A stretch of DNA of 64,000 nucleotides from a bacterium (GCA_022709425.1 JAKLIW010000003.1:102293-166292); one strand, 5' to 3'; shown: positions 1 through 9,515, counted from the first letter of the stretch. The notes: generated by a model not told the origin, from the letters alone. Program-made: numbers and translations.

Positions 1-71
1 CATGATCGGGTGGACTACTACGCCAAGCCCTAAAAAAAAGAACTCAAGGTGTGGTTGCCGAGAGAGTCATT

Positions 72-117
72 GGAGGCGGGCTTCTTGCCCGCCTCCTGTG
101 ACGTCTTTCTTTTTTTC
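72..117 (+). terminator. Putative rho-independent terminator: GC stem ggaggcgggc/gcccgcctcc followed by a T-rich tract
   Basis: A perfect 10-bp inverted repeat with a 6-nt loop, followed about 9 nt later by tctttctttttttc. It sits between an upstream plus-strand gene fragment and the convergent minus-strand gene that ends at 245. Confidence 0.4.
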
Positions 118-244
118 ATCTCGGCTCAGCATAGGTTGAAGAACGGGAAACGGCGGCAATAGAACGAGTGGCCGGGACAGACATGGGCGGTGGCTGGGGC
201 CGGTAGAACAGACAGGACTGCTAGAGCAGGCGGGGAAATATATT

Positions 245-2281
245 CTATGGTAACCACTTGGTAAGAAAAATGTCGCTCCATCCCCCACCGGCGTTTGTAT
301 TACCGTCAAGAGATCCGTCAGTATATCCCGTCACGAAGATGTTTCCGTTACTCTCGACTGCCACGGAAAAACCAGAATCACCCAATAACACACCCCACAA
401 TTTGGTCCAGGCCTTTGTCCCGTCGGCGTTCCATTTGGTGAGGAAAACGTCACCTCCGCCCACACTTGTATTGCCATCAAGCGAACCACCAGTCATTCCC
501 GTCACAAGAATTCCTTCATTATTATCCACTGCCACGGAGTACCCTTGATCAGACTGGGTTGTACCCCACTGTTTGGTCCAGGCCTTCGTCCCGTTGGCGT
601 TCCATTTGGTGAGGAAGATGTCCTCCGCTCCTGCGTTTGTGTTGCCGTCAAGAGCGCCCTGAGTCATTCCCGTCACGAAGATGTTGCCGCTACTATCCAC
701 TGCTACGGAATAACCCCATTCAATACTTGTCGCGCCCCATTGTTTGCTCCAAGCCTTTGTCCCATTGGCATTCCATTTCGTCAAGAATACATCATCGCAG
801 GGCTGGACCCCGACCTGGAAAGGATCACAGTCTCCTCCAGCACTAATATTGCCGTCGAGATCTCCTCCGACATATCCTGTCACAAAAACATTCCCATTGC
901 TATCTACTACCAAGGAAGTACCATGGTCCGGTCCTGTTGTGCCCCACAGTTTGGTCCATGCCTTCGTTCCGTCGGCGTTCCATTTGGTAAGGAACATATC
1001 TCCCGCGCCTATACTTGTGTTGCCATCAAGCGAGCCGATAGTATCTCCCGTCACAAAAATGTTTCCGCTACTATCAACAGCAACAGATTTGCCCCAATCG
1101 GTATCTGTTGTTCCCCACTGTTTGGTCCAGGCCTTCGTTCCGTCGGCGTTCCATTTTGTTAGAAACGCATCATCATATCCGGCACTTGTGTTGCCATCAA
1201 GAGATCCGCCAGTATATCCCGTCACGAAGATGTTACCATTGTTATCTACGGCTACTTCGTTACCATGTTCGATATTTGCCGTGCCCCACTGTTTGGTCCA
1301 GGCCTTCGTCCCGTTGGCGTTCCATTTGGTGAGGAAGATGTCTTCCTCTCCGAGATTTGTGTTGCCGTCAAGAGATCCCTTCGTATATCCCGTCACGAAG
1401 ATGTTCCCGTTACTATCCATTGCTGTAGAGACACCTTTTTCCGTAACATTCGTGCCCCACTGTTTGGTGACTCTACGAAGGATCCAATTACCCACAGCGC
1501 ACTCATAAACATCGCCCGTCTGCGCTTGCCATGTCCCATCAACACATTCGTCGGGGTCAAGACAAAGACCACCGGTCGGAATCCACTGACCTTCATCGCA
1601 AAGAGCCGGCTCAAGACCACGGTCATTGAGGCCACACGGGACATCTCCTTCAATCCCATTCTCGCACTCATCGGGATCGTCACACTCGCCGTCATTCTGC
1701 CATTGCAGCGAAACACACTTCTGTTTCTGGAGCCCGTTGCCGTTGTAACCGCACGCCAAGTACCGTATCTCGTTTTCAGTTGTACACGGTTGGGGAGCAA
1801 CGACATCGGTATCAACGGGTTCATTGTCGAGAAGGTCGTCCAACTGTTCGTCGGTAAGGATCGCGTCTTCATCGCTTCCTGTTACGATCTCGTCGTCACT
1901 CAATATTCCGTCGTCAGCAAGCTCGTCACTCTGTTCGTCAACAAGCAGGGCATCGCCGTCATTGGCCGGGTCATCGCTTATCGAGTCGGTTCCATCGCCA
2001 TCACTCTTCGTGTCGGACTTTTCATCGACAAGCAGCTCATCTTCGTCGACAGAGATAGCATCGTCGCTTTTTTCGTCGTCGGTCAACGCATCAGGCATCT
2101 CCACGCAAAGGCCCGACAGGCATTGCAGGCCGTCATTGCAGGTGCCGTTCGGGTAGCATGGCCCGCCTTCGGTCCCGACAGCAGGTGTAGTATCGGCATC
2201 GTTCTGGTTGCTGGGATTACTCTCACATCCGGCAACGAGAAGAAGCATCAGTACTGCAAAGCCCAGAATGGTTTTGGTCAT
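245..2281 (-). CDS. Secreted lipoprotein with an acidic D/E-rich linker, a Cys-rich EGF-like module, and 7 tandem SBBP-type beta-propeller repeats (FLTKWNANGTKAWTKQWGT...GNIFVTGYT.GSLDGNT)
   Basis: The ORF track gives a 700-aa frame. A lipobox signal peptide (MTKTILGFAVLMLLLVAGC) starts at an internal Met, so I set the start near 2281. The ~58-aa repeat recurs seven times. The antisense ORFs on the plus strand are repeat echoes. Confidence 0.7.
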   Translation of the reverse strand: MTKTILGFAVLMLLLVAGCESNPSNQNDADTTPAVGTEGGPCYPNGTCNDGLQCLSGLCVEMPDALTDDEKSDDAISVDEDELLVDEKSDTKSDGDGTDSISDDPANDGDALLVDEQSDELADDGILSDDEIVTGSDEDAILTDEQLDDLLDNEPVDTDVVAPQPCTTENEIRYLACGYNGNGLQKQKCVSLQWQNDGECDDPDECENGIEGDVPCGLNDRGLEPALCDEGQWIPTGGLCLDPDECVDGTWQAQTGDVYECAVGNWILRRVTKQWGTNVTEKGVSTAMDSNGNIFVTGYTKGSLDGNTNLGEEDIFLTKWNANGTKAWTKQWGTANIEHGNEVAVDNNGNIFVTGYTGGSLDGNTSAGYDDAFLTKWNADGTKAWTKQWGTTDTDWGKSVAVDSSGNIFVTGDTIGSLDGNTSIGAGDMFLTKWNADGTKAWTKLWGTTGPDHGTSLVVDSNGNVFVTGYVGGDLDGNISAGGDCDPFQVGVQPCDDVFLTKWNANGTKAWSKQWGATSIEWGYSVAVDSSGNIFVTGMTQGALDGNTNAGAEDIFLTKWNANGTKAWTKQWGTTQSDQGYSVAVDNNEGILVTGMTGGSLDGNTSVGGGDVFLTKWNADGTKAWTKLWGVLLGDSGFSVAVESNGNIFVTGYTDGSLDGNTNAGGGWSDIFLTKWLP

Positions 2282-2431
2282 CTTCCTTCTCCTTTTTCCT
2301 ATTTTAATAAGACCGTCAAGTTGACCCCCGCTACGCAGGAGTGTCACTTATATCATGCAGGTCAAAAGAAATCAACAAATTGTCACTTATTCCCTGTAGA
2401 CCCATAGCCTGCAAAAACTACAATTGGGGCT

Positions 2432-2656
2432 ATGAAAGTGAAGGACATAAAGACGCGCTTCGGCGCTCGGCTTCGGCAACTCCGTAAGGAGAAAGAGCTC
2501 AGCCAAGAACAGCTCATGATGGCGACCGGCATCCACCGCACATATATCTCAGAGGTAGAGCGCGGGATACGAAACATCAGCCTTCTCAACATCGAGAAGA
2601 TCGCTAAAGCGCTCGAAGTGGACATCCGAGACCTGTTTGACTTCCGCTCTTCGTAG
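2432..2656 (+). CDS. XRE-family helix-turn-helix transcriptional regulator (Cro/C1-type)
   Basis: The 74-aa sequence RLRQLRKEKELSQEQLMMATGIHRTYISEVERGIRNISLLNIEKIAKALEV is a canonical HTH_3 signature. Confidence 0.85.
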   Translation: MKVKDIKTRFGARLRQLRKEKELSQEQLMMATGIHRTYISEVERGIRNISLLNIEKIAKALEVDIRDLFDFRSS

Positions 2657-2702
2657 AAAACACCCCCGATGAATGAAAGAGGGCCTGCTGTCTGGGGATG
2701 GG

Positions 2703-2735
2703 GGTGGGGGTGAGCAGCAGACCCACCTTTTCTTA
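2703..2735 (+). terminator. Possible intrinsic terminator after the XRE gene (ggtggg...cccacc stem plus ttttctt)
   Basis: A hairpin with a 6-bp GC stem is followed directly by a T-tract, about 50 nt after the stop codon. Confidence 0.35.
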
Positions 2736-2768
2736 TCCGTCGCGGTCGACGATGTCCAGTAAAATCGC

Positions 2769-3254
2769 CTACCCGTAACGTCTGACGAAGATATCCAGCG
2801 CCTTTCCATCGAGGAACTGCGAAGCGAACTGTTCGTCGCTGTGCTTCGGATACGCCTTCCACCAGAACGAAGTCTCATCCATTCCGACGAGAGAGCCCTC
2901 CATACGCTCTTCGTCGCCGTCGCGTAAGAACTCGCCCGATGCGATGCTCGTCTTCATCTCGTATGCGTCGATGATCCGGCACAGGTGGTTCTTCCGGGTG
3001 TTGTAGCGGAGCAGACCGTTCACTTCTTCTTCCGAGAAGACCGGGACCTTATCGACCCGGTAGTACCGCGCCGGGTAGTAGAAATGCATGTCACAGAACG
3101 GTTCGTCGCACGATTTCATGTCGCGGGCCACGGTCTGCCGGGCCAGAAGACGATGGCATTCTTCGACGGTCAGATCAACGAGGACCACATCGGGACCGTC
3201 GGAGTACTCGCCGGCATGGACCGGCAACATGATCAGGAGCGTCGGGTTCTTCAT
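2769..3254 (-). CDS. Hypothetical protein (162 aa). It is the last gene of the WYL-led operon.
   Basis: The internal Met (MKNPTLLIMLPVHAGEYSD...) overlaps the stop of the upstream 60-aa ORF in an ATGA-type overlap. The long-ORF N-terminal extension is low-complexity S/G/R sequence. No family was recognised. Confidence 0.5.
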   Translation of the reverse strand: MKNPTLLIMLPVHAGEYSDGPDVVLVDLTVEECHRLLARQTVARDMKSCDEPFCDMHFYYPARYYRVDKVPVFSEEEVNGLLRYNTRKNHLCRIIDAYEMKTSIASGEFLRDGDEERMEGSLVGMDETSFWWKAYPKHSDEQFASQFLDGKALDIFVRRYG

Positions 3255-3433
3255 GATGCCCTCCTTTTTGCGTCTCTCTTCAGAGCCGTTACTCGTGCCT
3301 TTGCTGCACTCGTCATAGCCCGGTCTGCTTTCCAAGGAGCCGTTCGCCGCTTGCTCGTCGCTGCTTCCCACTTCCTCGCCGGCCAAATTGCGATTGCCGC
3401 TCGAAGGTCGCGTACGGTGTACTTCATGGCCAC
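3251..3433 (-). CDS. Small basic K/R-rich protein (60 aa), hypothetical
   Basis: Its start lies 6 nt after the stop of the 3439..3813 gene, and its stop overlaps the start of the 2769..3254 gene. This is classic operon tiling. The composition is highly basic. Confidence 0.4.
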   Translation of the reverse strand: MAMKYTVRDLRAAIAIWPARKWEAATSKRRTAPWKADRAMTSAAKARVTALKRDAKRRAS

Positions 3434-3438
3434 CTCCG

Positions 3439-3813
3439 TCAGTCTTCATCGGGGAACATGACCGTGACGACGGCGCGTTCGTCGTCGCCGGGCCCGCACA
3501 GCGTCCAGAGATCGACCTTCTCGGGCTGATGCCCTCCACGGGGAATCCTGAGAATGGAGAAGTGCATCACCGGGAGGGGGCATTCCAACGCCGTGCGGTG
3601 CATGATCGTAAGCAGGTCCCAGAGACGCCCCGGTTCGTCCTGGTAGACCTGTTCGCTGGCGTTGTCCCACGCCACGCATTCCTCCCAGACTAGGCGGGTC
3701 AGAGCGACCGGGTAGATGAAGCCGGCCTGTTTGGCCATGTCGGATACATCGACGAGGACGCCGTCGGCGAGGGCCTGAGTGCGGGAATAGGCATGAATAA
3801 TGTCGTTGTTCAT
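3439..3813 (-). CDS. Hypothetical protein (124 aa)
   Basis: Clean ORF in the same operon (MNNDIIHAYSRTQALADGVLVDVSDMAKQAGFIYPVALTRLVWEE...). No motif was recognised. It resembles small proteins carried on plasmids and phages. Confidence 0.5.
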   Translation of the reverse strand: MNNDIIHAYSRTQALADGVLVDVSDMAKQAGFIYPVALTRLVWEECVAWDNASEQVYQDEPGRLWDLLTIMHRTALECPLPVMHFSILRIPRGGHQPEKVDLWTLCGPGDDERAVVTVMFPDED

Positions 3814-3952
3814 TTTCCCTCCAAGTTGGTTGTAACTAATGACAGACTAGAACTAGTCCTTACCTACATATAACGCATTTGAGCGACATTTTTTCGTTGA
3901 AGAATTCTGCCGACTTCTTTGGCGGGGTTTGAAGAGAAAATACCGGAGACGA

Positions 3953-4354
3953 TTACTTCAAAAGCTTCTGCTTGCCTTTGTACCAAGCATCGTATTCTTC
4001 CATCATCGCCTCGACCTTCCCCATTATATCTTTCTTGTCTTTGGCCGTAGCTTCCGGATGGTCCTTGAAGTACTGCTCCACTCTTTTACCCCACCTCGAC
4101 AGGATCATGTGAATGGTTTCGACGGAAGCGCCCGGTAATTTAAAAGTGCTTCCCGACTCCACATTAATCCCGCTCAGACTCTGGTACCGATGCGTCAATA
4201 CGATCTTCACCTTTCCCTCTGTGCCCTCCATGATCTTCTCCATCGTTAGTGGTTTGTCATCCTGCTTCTCCTTGCAGCAGGAAACTTTCTTGTGCGTGAG
4301 ACTGGGGATGCCCGTGGAATTCTTGCCTTGACGGCTGGTTTTCTGCGTGGTCAT
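3953..4354 (-). CDS. Hypothetical protein (134 aa, start at the internal Met MTTQKTSRQGK)
   Basis: ORF in the same operon. The N-terminal extension in the ORF track looks non-coding. Confidence 0.45.
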   Translation of the reverse strand: MTTQKTSRQGKNSTGIPSLTHKKVSCCKEKQDDKPLTMEKIMEGTEGKVKIVLTHRYQSLSGINVESGSTFKLPGASVETIHMILSRWGKRVEQYFKDHPEATAKDKKDIMGKVEAMMEEYDAWYKGKQKLLK

Positions 4355-4513
4355 TTTGACCCTCCTCGTGAAATTGATCCAACAACCAACTTGCTTATCG
4401 CAGCAGGTCGCACAGGTATATAATAGCAGCTTCCGGAGCAATATCACGAAAGAATTACTTTCGTTTTTGACAGTGAATTACTTTTGTGATTACAGGCGGA
4501 TATGACTTTTGCG

Positions 4514-5395
4514 CTAGGGAGTTTCTCCCTTTTTTATGCCTTCCATTCTCTTACGGACGAGCCCATTTATTTCGGATTTTTTAAGGTTTTTTATAAAAAA
4601 GAGCGATTTTTCCTTCCCGTCCTTCTTATGTTCCGAGTGCTCAGTATACCACAACTTGCTGTATCTATTTAATATTCTCCACAGATGTGTCTTGCTGATC
4701 TGACCAGTCGAAGTAGGGCTCGATATCAAAACCGACTCTAAAATGTCCGTACTGCTCCATTCCTTGCTGCGCAATTTCTCCATCTTTCTGTATTTGTCAA
4801 CTGTTTCGCGAAGGATCATTTTCTCAAGTGAAAAGTGGTTGATCGTAAGAATCTCAGACATCCGCCTCTTTTGTTTTGACAATTCCAAAGACAGTTCTCT
4901 TTTCTTTTTTTTCTCTTCCTTAATTGTATTTCTGTGCCGTGAAACTATTCTTTCTGTGGGAATGATTGATATGGCCTTTTTGATGTCTTTTATGGGTACG
5001 AGTCCTTTTTTGTGAAGGTATAGGATTGTATTGTAAAAAGTTGTCGTAATGTCATCGCACATTTTCTGACTGTTGTTACCGTCAAGAAGGGAATTGATCA
5101 TGCTTCTCGTTAATATATATTCGCTTGGGGTATTGTTTGATTTGCGTTCATTTATATCAAGGCATTTGAACATATCATGTAAGAAATTATAGGATATGTT
5201 CATTATGCTCTGATCCAACTTAGAAGTTCTAGAGTATAGTTGGAAATGTTCACTGTTAATAATGACCAAAGTAAGCTTTTCTCCGATGAACGGCGTAAAC
5301 GCAATGCCGGCACGAAACCCATCCGTTACAGTTCCCACAGAAGAAATTATTCCTTCCTTTTGATAACGACAGGGCTCCATCATGTTTCTCCTCAC
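4514..5395 (-). CDS. Hypothetical protein (293 aa) encoded in a strongly AT-rich, low-GC segment. It is translationally coupled to the upstream WYL regulator.
   Basis: There is a 4-nt overlap with the stop of the WYL gene. GC is far below the window average and the protein is K/E/S-rich. No family was recognised. Confidence 0.6.
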   Translation of the reverse strand: MRRNMMEPCRYQKEGIISSVGTVTDGFRAGIAFTPFIGEKLTLVIINSEHFQLYSRTSKLDQSIMNISYNFLHDMFKCLDINERKSNNTPSEYILTRSMINSLLDGNNSQKMCDDITTTFYNTILYLHKKGLVPIKDIKKAISIIPTERIVSRHRNTIKEEKKKKRELSLELSKQKRRMSEILTINHFSLEKMILRETVDKYRKMEKLRSKEWSSTDILESVLISSPTSTGQISKTHLWRILNRYSKLWYTEHSEHKKDGKEKSLFFIKNLKKSEINGLVRKRMEGIKKGETP

Positions 5396-6342
5396 TTTTG
5401 ATTGAAAAGGTTATACGCAGTCCTTAGTCTGTTCAACCAGTACTTCCTATATTCCTTCGGTGCCGTGATTTCGGCGTGCGGAGTGAAGCCGAGGACCATG
5501 TAGGTGATCTCGATGGGATCGGCGACGGGTAGAGTCAGTTCGATGCACGGCTTGCCGGCGCAGGTCGTCTCGATCATCCGCTGCTTCGGATGCCATTCGC
5601 GGTCGCGGACGATATGCAGGATCGGCTCATGGAACCGTATCGTCACCTCCTGCGCCTCGGGCAACTTGAAGATGCCGTAGCCCTCCTCAAGGTACTTCTT
5701 GAGCAGCCGCTCGTCGAGTTCATGCTCGAACGGCTCGCCGGTGGCCATGATCTCGATGACGCGCGACAGGAGGAAGGTCCGGACCTCTTTCGAGGCGCGG
5801 CACCACGCGAGGAGATACCACTTCCCGGAGTAGTTCAGCAGATGCCACGGTTCGACGAACCGTTTCGACTGTTCCCCGGCCGCGTTCTGGTAGATGAGGC
5901 CGAGCGCCGTCGAGGAGCGCATCGCGTCGAGCACCTGTTTGACGATGCCGGGACGGAACCGTTCGTGGTCGGCGAGCTCGTAACTGATCCGGTCGAGGAT
6001 TGGGAGGTAATCCTTCAGGTACTTATCCTCGATGGAGTTCAGGAGCTCCTGCGATACGATCGGCATGAGCGAAAGGTTCTTGGCGATCCGCTGGACGAGC
6101 ACATAGAACAGCAGCATTTTCTCGTCGGCGTAATCGAAGAGGTCGTACGGCTTGGTATAGTAGTAGCCGTTCTGCTCTCGCGAGTATTCGATGGGCGCCT
6201 GCATCTCGGCCCGCATGTGGGCGATATCGCGCTTCACCTGCCGTTCGCATACCTCCAGTTCGGTAACCAGTTGTGCGAGCGATACGGTCCTCGACCGCTT
6301 GAGCGCCTGATGGATCAGATAGATGCGATGCGTGTTCGACAT
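5392..6342 (-). CDS. WYL-domain transcriptional regulator (HTH-WYL-WCX architecture, BrxR/CapW/PafBC-like)
   Basis: N-terminal DeoR-like HTH (IYLIHQALKRSRTVSLAQLVTELEVCERQVKRDI). Central WYL signature (NYSGKWYLLAWCRASKEVRTFLLSRV). C-terminal WCX-like extension. Length 316 aa. Confidence 0.8.
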   Translation of the reverse strand: MSNTHRIYLIHQALKRSRTVSLAQLVTELEVCERQVKRDIAHMRAEMQAPIEYSREQNGYYYTKPYDLFDYADEKMLLFYVLVQRIAKNLSLMPIVSQELLNSIEDKYLKDYLPILDRISYELADHERFRPGIVKQVLDAMRSSTALGLIYQNAAGEQSKRFVEPWHLLNYSGKWYLLAWCRASKEVRTFLLSRVIEIMATGEPFEHELDERLLKKYLEEGYGIFKLPEAQEVTIRFHEPILHIVRDREWHPKQRMIETTCAGKPCIELTLPVADPIEITYMVLGFTPHAEITAPKEYRKYWLNRLRTAYNLFNQK

Positions 6343-6454
6343 GGGCCCCTCCCAGGGTACAGATAAAAAGGAGTATCGCGTTTCTCTCCGATTTTGTCAA
6401 GTTGCGGGACAGCCCTTGTCACACCGGGTGTGCTAGAGTGAAAAACGACGAATA

Positions 6455-8113
6455 ATGGCTACGGAGGATCCGATGCAGACCGTCTTCGATCCTATGAACC
6501 TGGTTGAGGAAACGACCGTCGGTAAACGACTGTTCGTAGGGCGCGCCGCTCCCGGCCCGCAACAGCGTCTCCTGATGGAGCATTACGATCTGACGCACAT
6601 CGGCGCGGCAGTTTTCATGGTCGTCTTTGCGGCGCAGTTGGAAGAACGGCAGGAGAGCCTCACCGACATCGCGCAGCGCCACAACATCTCGGGGCCCCGC
6701 TACCGGACGCTCCTCAACGAATACTTCATGCTCGTGAAGAAGAAGCTCATCGTTCCCACCCCGTACCTGAAAAACGCCTCGCCTCTCTGCTGCGGCGTTG
6801 AGGCATCGGTCATGAAGGGGCTGATGCAGGGGGAACTGGGCGGAGAACCGTTCGATCCGGCCGAACCCTTTTCGATCATACAGTCGTTTTCCGAACTGTG
6901 GCAGCAACTCGACGACAAGGAGCTAACGGCCCGCCAGTTTCACAACGAGGGGAAGGAGCTCATCAAGCGGATGACCCCCGATAACCGCCTGCGGGAACTC
7001 GTCGCACCCTATCGTTTCACCGAACAGGTCATGATCATTGTCGCGGCGATAGACCATATCAACGCCCAGCGCAGCGGCGTCGACCTGCGCGAGTTCGCCA
7101 AGAACTTCTTCGCGGTGCTCCGTGACCGTGCCGCCTTCCTGCGGGACATTTCGCAGGGAACGGTTGAGGTCGTCAAGTCGGGACTCATCGTCCTCAACGA
7201 CCGCGGCGACGATCCCTTCTCGCGGTCGCCTGAATTCACCCTCTCCCTGAAAATGCGCTCGCAGCTTTTCGGCGTACAGAAGACCGGCCGCAAGGAGAAA
7301 CTCAACATCCCCGGCATCTTTTCGCACCGCTCGTGGCGCGATAAACAGCCCGAACTCTACTTCGACGACCGGCTTGCCGCCGAACTCGGCACCGTCGCTC
7401 GTGCCCTTTCCCGTTCCACCGGCGGCCGGCGGCTGTTCTCCAAACGGCTCCGGGAACGCGGTATGCCGACCGGTTTCACCGCCCTGTTTCACGGCGCCCC
7501 CGGCACCGGCAAGACAGCGTCGGTCCACGAACTGGCCCGGATGGTCAAACGCGATATCCTGCAGGTCGAGATGTCGGCCGTCCGCGACAAGTGGGTTGGG
7601 GAATCGGAGAAACGGACCCGCGCGATCTTCACCGAATACCGCACCGTCGCCGGATCGCTACCGGCCTGTCCCATCCTTCTCCTCAACGAGGCCGACGCTC
7701 TTCTCACCCGTCGCATGGATGCGCGGACCTCGGTCGAAACGATGAACAACACTATGCAGAACATCCTCCTCGAAGAGCTGGAAAAGTTCGAGGGGATCCT
7801 CGTCGCGACCACCAACCTCACCGGGATGCTCGACGACGCTTTCAGCCGCCGCTTCCTTTATAAACTGGAATTTCCGAACCCGACCCCGTCGATCCGCGCC
7901 CGGATCTGGCGCTCGAAACTGCCGGAACTGACTGGCGATGAGGCCGACACGCTCGCGGTCCATTCGCTCTCAGGCGGCGAGATAGAGAATGTGGCGCGCC
8001 GTTACATCGTCGACAGCCTCTTCAGCGGCAAGCCCGACCTCGACCGGCTCGAAGCTCTCTGCAGGGAAGAGTCGTCGCTGAAGAAAGGTATTGGAAGAAA
8101 GGTGGGGTTCTAA
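6455..8113 (+). CDS. AAA+ ATPase (classical clade, FtsH/CbbX-like module) with a ~330-aa N-terminal domain of unknown function
   Basis: Walker A GAPGTGKT. The VGESEK motif. Sensor-1 VATTNL. An RRF arginine-finger region. Walker B reads LLLNEAD (Asn in place of Asp). Confidence 0.8.
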   Translation: MATEDPMQTVFDPMNLVEETTVGKRLFVGRAAPGPQQRLLMEHYDLTHIGAAVFMVVFAAQLEERQESLTDIAQRHNISGPRYRTLLNEYFMLVKKKLIVPTPYLKNASPLCCGVEASVMKGLMQGELGGEPFDPAEPFSIIQSFSELWQQLDDKELTARQFHNEGKELIKRMTPDNRLRELVAPYRFTEQVMIIVAAIDHINAQRSGVDLREFAKNFFAVLRDRAAFLRDISQGTVEVVKSGLIVLNDRGDDPFSRSPEFTLSLKMRSQLFGVQKTGRKEKLNIPGIFSHRSWRDKQPELYFDDRLAAELGTVARALSRSTGGRRLFSKRLRERGMPTGFTALFHGAPGTGKTASVHELARMVKRDILQVEMSAVRDKWVGESEKRTRAIFTEYRTVAGSLPACPILLLNEADALLTRRMDARTSVETMNNTMQNILLEELEKFEGILVATTNLTGMLDDAFSRRFLYKLEFPNPTPSIRARIWRSKLPELTGDEADTLAVHSLSGGEIENVARRYIVDSLFSGKPDLDRLEALCREESSLKKGIGRKVGF

Positions 8114-8503
8114 ATGAACCAAGAAACGGCAATAACTCTCCGTGTCGAACCCTCCTTTGACGATCATCTCGAGGTGTTCGTAGAAATCCAAGCCGCCGGT
8201 GGAGAAGGACGCCTGACGGTCATCCGTGAAGGTTTTCGCGACCCACGGAAAGTCAAATGTCGATTGTCAGGAAAGGATGCCGATCACATAAGACGATTGC
8301 TTGATGGCCTGTGCATCAGCGGGGTGTCGCCTGCAATGATGGGGCTCGATGGCACCACCTACTCCCTGCGGGTCAACTCCTATCCTGTTATGTTGGAACT
8401 TGCGTGGTGGGTCAGCCCACCGACTTCCTGGGTCGGGGTGACCGCTCTGGTGGATGCACTTCGCGCGTTGGCGGGAGAATGCACAGATATCACTGACCGT
8501 TAA
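8114..8503 (+). CDS. Hypothetical protein (129 aa), co-operonic with the AAA+ ATPase
   Basis: Its start abuts the AAA gene stop. No motif was recognised. Confidence 0.5.
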   Translation: MNQETAITLRVEPSFDDHLEVFVEIQAAGGEGRLTVIREGFRDPRKVKCRLSGKDADHIRRLLDGLCISGVSPAMMGLDGTTYSLRVNSYPVMLELAWWVSPPTSWVGVTALVDALRALAGECTDITDR

Positions 8504-8515
8504 AAAGAGGTATTC

Positions 8516-9103
8516 ATGCCCGTTCCCATCACGATAACGAAGATACCGTTCTTCGCCGCAGCGGACATCCCCGGGTTTGTGCTGAAGGGTTTCGTTTCGC
8601 TTCTCATCGGACCGCTGGGCGAGGAGCGTTCATCGCTTGCCCGCACCATCGCGGCGGATTGGATAGAGGCGGGCATTCCGACGCTCTATCTGCAGGCCGG
8701 CGCCGAATCGAGGTTCTCATTCAGCGATATCGCGATGCAATGCGCGATGTACGAACGGAAATGCGGTTCGCCGCTCGGCGGACTGGTCATCGACTGCTGG
8801 GAGGAGGCCGCCTCGGAGCGTTACTTCAATTCACACTTCCTCGACATGCGGCTGGCGTTCCTAAAACTCAAGGTGTTCGCCTTCGAGCGGCAGATGCGGG
8901 TGCTCCTCGTGGGGCTCGACCGGTCCAAGCCGGGCGATCCGCCACGGCCGCGCCCGTTCCTTCCTTTCATGGCGTACGAGGCAAAGACGGTGATGGCGAT
9001 GGGAAAGGATGCCGCCGGAAAACCGCAGGCTACCGTCTGGCAGGGACAGATGAGGAGGTGGGAGAAGGGGCTAACCGTATGCTTATCTTTGGCGCAAGGC
9101 TAA
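8516..9103 (+). CDS. Hypothetical protein with a degenerate RecA/KaiC-like P-loop (GPLGEERSS)
   Basis: 195 aa. The segment VSLLIGPLGEERSSLARTIAADWIEAGIPTLYLQAG resembles an inactivated Walker A context. Confidence 0.45.
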   Translation: MPVPITITKIPFFAAADIPGFVLKGFVSLLIGPLGEERSSLARTIAADWIEAGIPTLYLQAGAESRFSFSDIAMQCAMYERKCGSPLGGLVIDCWEEAASERYFNSHFLDMRLAFLKLKVFAFERQMRVLLVGLDRSKPGDPPRPRPFLPFMAYEAKTVMAMGKDAAGKPQATVWQGQMRRWEKGLTVCLSLAQG

Positions 9104-9487
9104 TCAGTTCCCGCATATCACCAGCACGCGAAACTCGCGCCGGTCGTTTTTCCCGTATCCCCAGATCAGCGCTACCCGCTCCGACATTCCCTCGGTGAAC
9201 AGTTTCATCGCCGCCTCTATCTGCGTCAGCGGGACGGAAGGGCCGAGAAAGTAGAAGAGCGCATCATTGACCCATGCCGGGTCCATTTCATCTTCCCGCC
9301 GCATGTTCTTCAGAGCGTCCTCCATTGCGTCGTGGGGCGTGGCACCTTTGCCGACGACCGCGATCCCTTCTTCGCGGATGTCGAGAAGAACCTGCCCGAG
9401 GTCCTCATTGTCCACACAGATGATCTGGTCCTCGCGTTGCAGCATCCGCTGGATGAGTACCGCTACATCAAAGGCTCCTGACGACAT
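9104..9487 (-). CDS. Hypothetical protein, paralog A (~127 aa), ending in an ALIWGYGKND motif
   Basis: It shares the block (V/I)CVDN..LG..L..I.E....V.G.G.....A...A + LLWGYSD with the neighbouring gene. The start was set at the internal Met. Confidence 0.5.
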   Translation of the reverse strand: MSSGAFDVAVLIQRMLQREDQIICVDNEDLGQVLLDIREEGIAVVGKGATPHDAMEDALKNMRREDEMDPAWVNDALFYFLGPSVPLTQIEAAMKLFTEGMSERVALIWGYGKNDRREFRVLVICGN

Positions 9488-9515
9488 AGGTCTTCTCCTC
9501 ATGCAATTATTATCT

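Noticed and set aside
258-1508. Multiple long plus-strand ORFs (258..548, 545..1162, 744..1508, 1265..2407) with repetitive proline- and serine-rich translations
   Set aside because: They are antisense to the 245..2347 repeat-protein gene. Their internal repeats simply mirror the SBBP repeats on the other strand. In a high-GC sequence, long spurious antisense frames are expected.
2769-3539. Full 256-aa version of the ORF (start at 3539)
   Set aside because: The N-terminal 95 residues are S/G/R low-complexity and overlap the upstream gene by 100 nt. The internal Met at 3254 makes an ATGA overlap with the 60-aa ORF and gives a compact operon. I preferred the shorter gene, though the longer form cannot be excluded.
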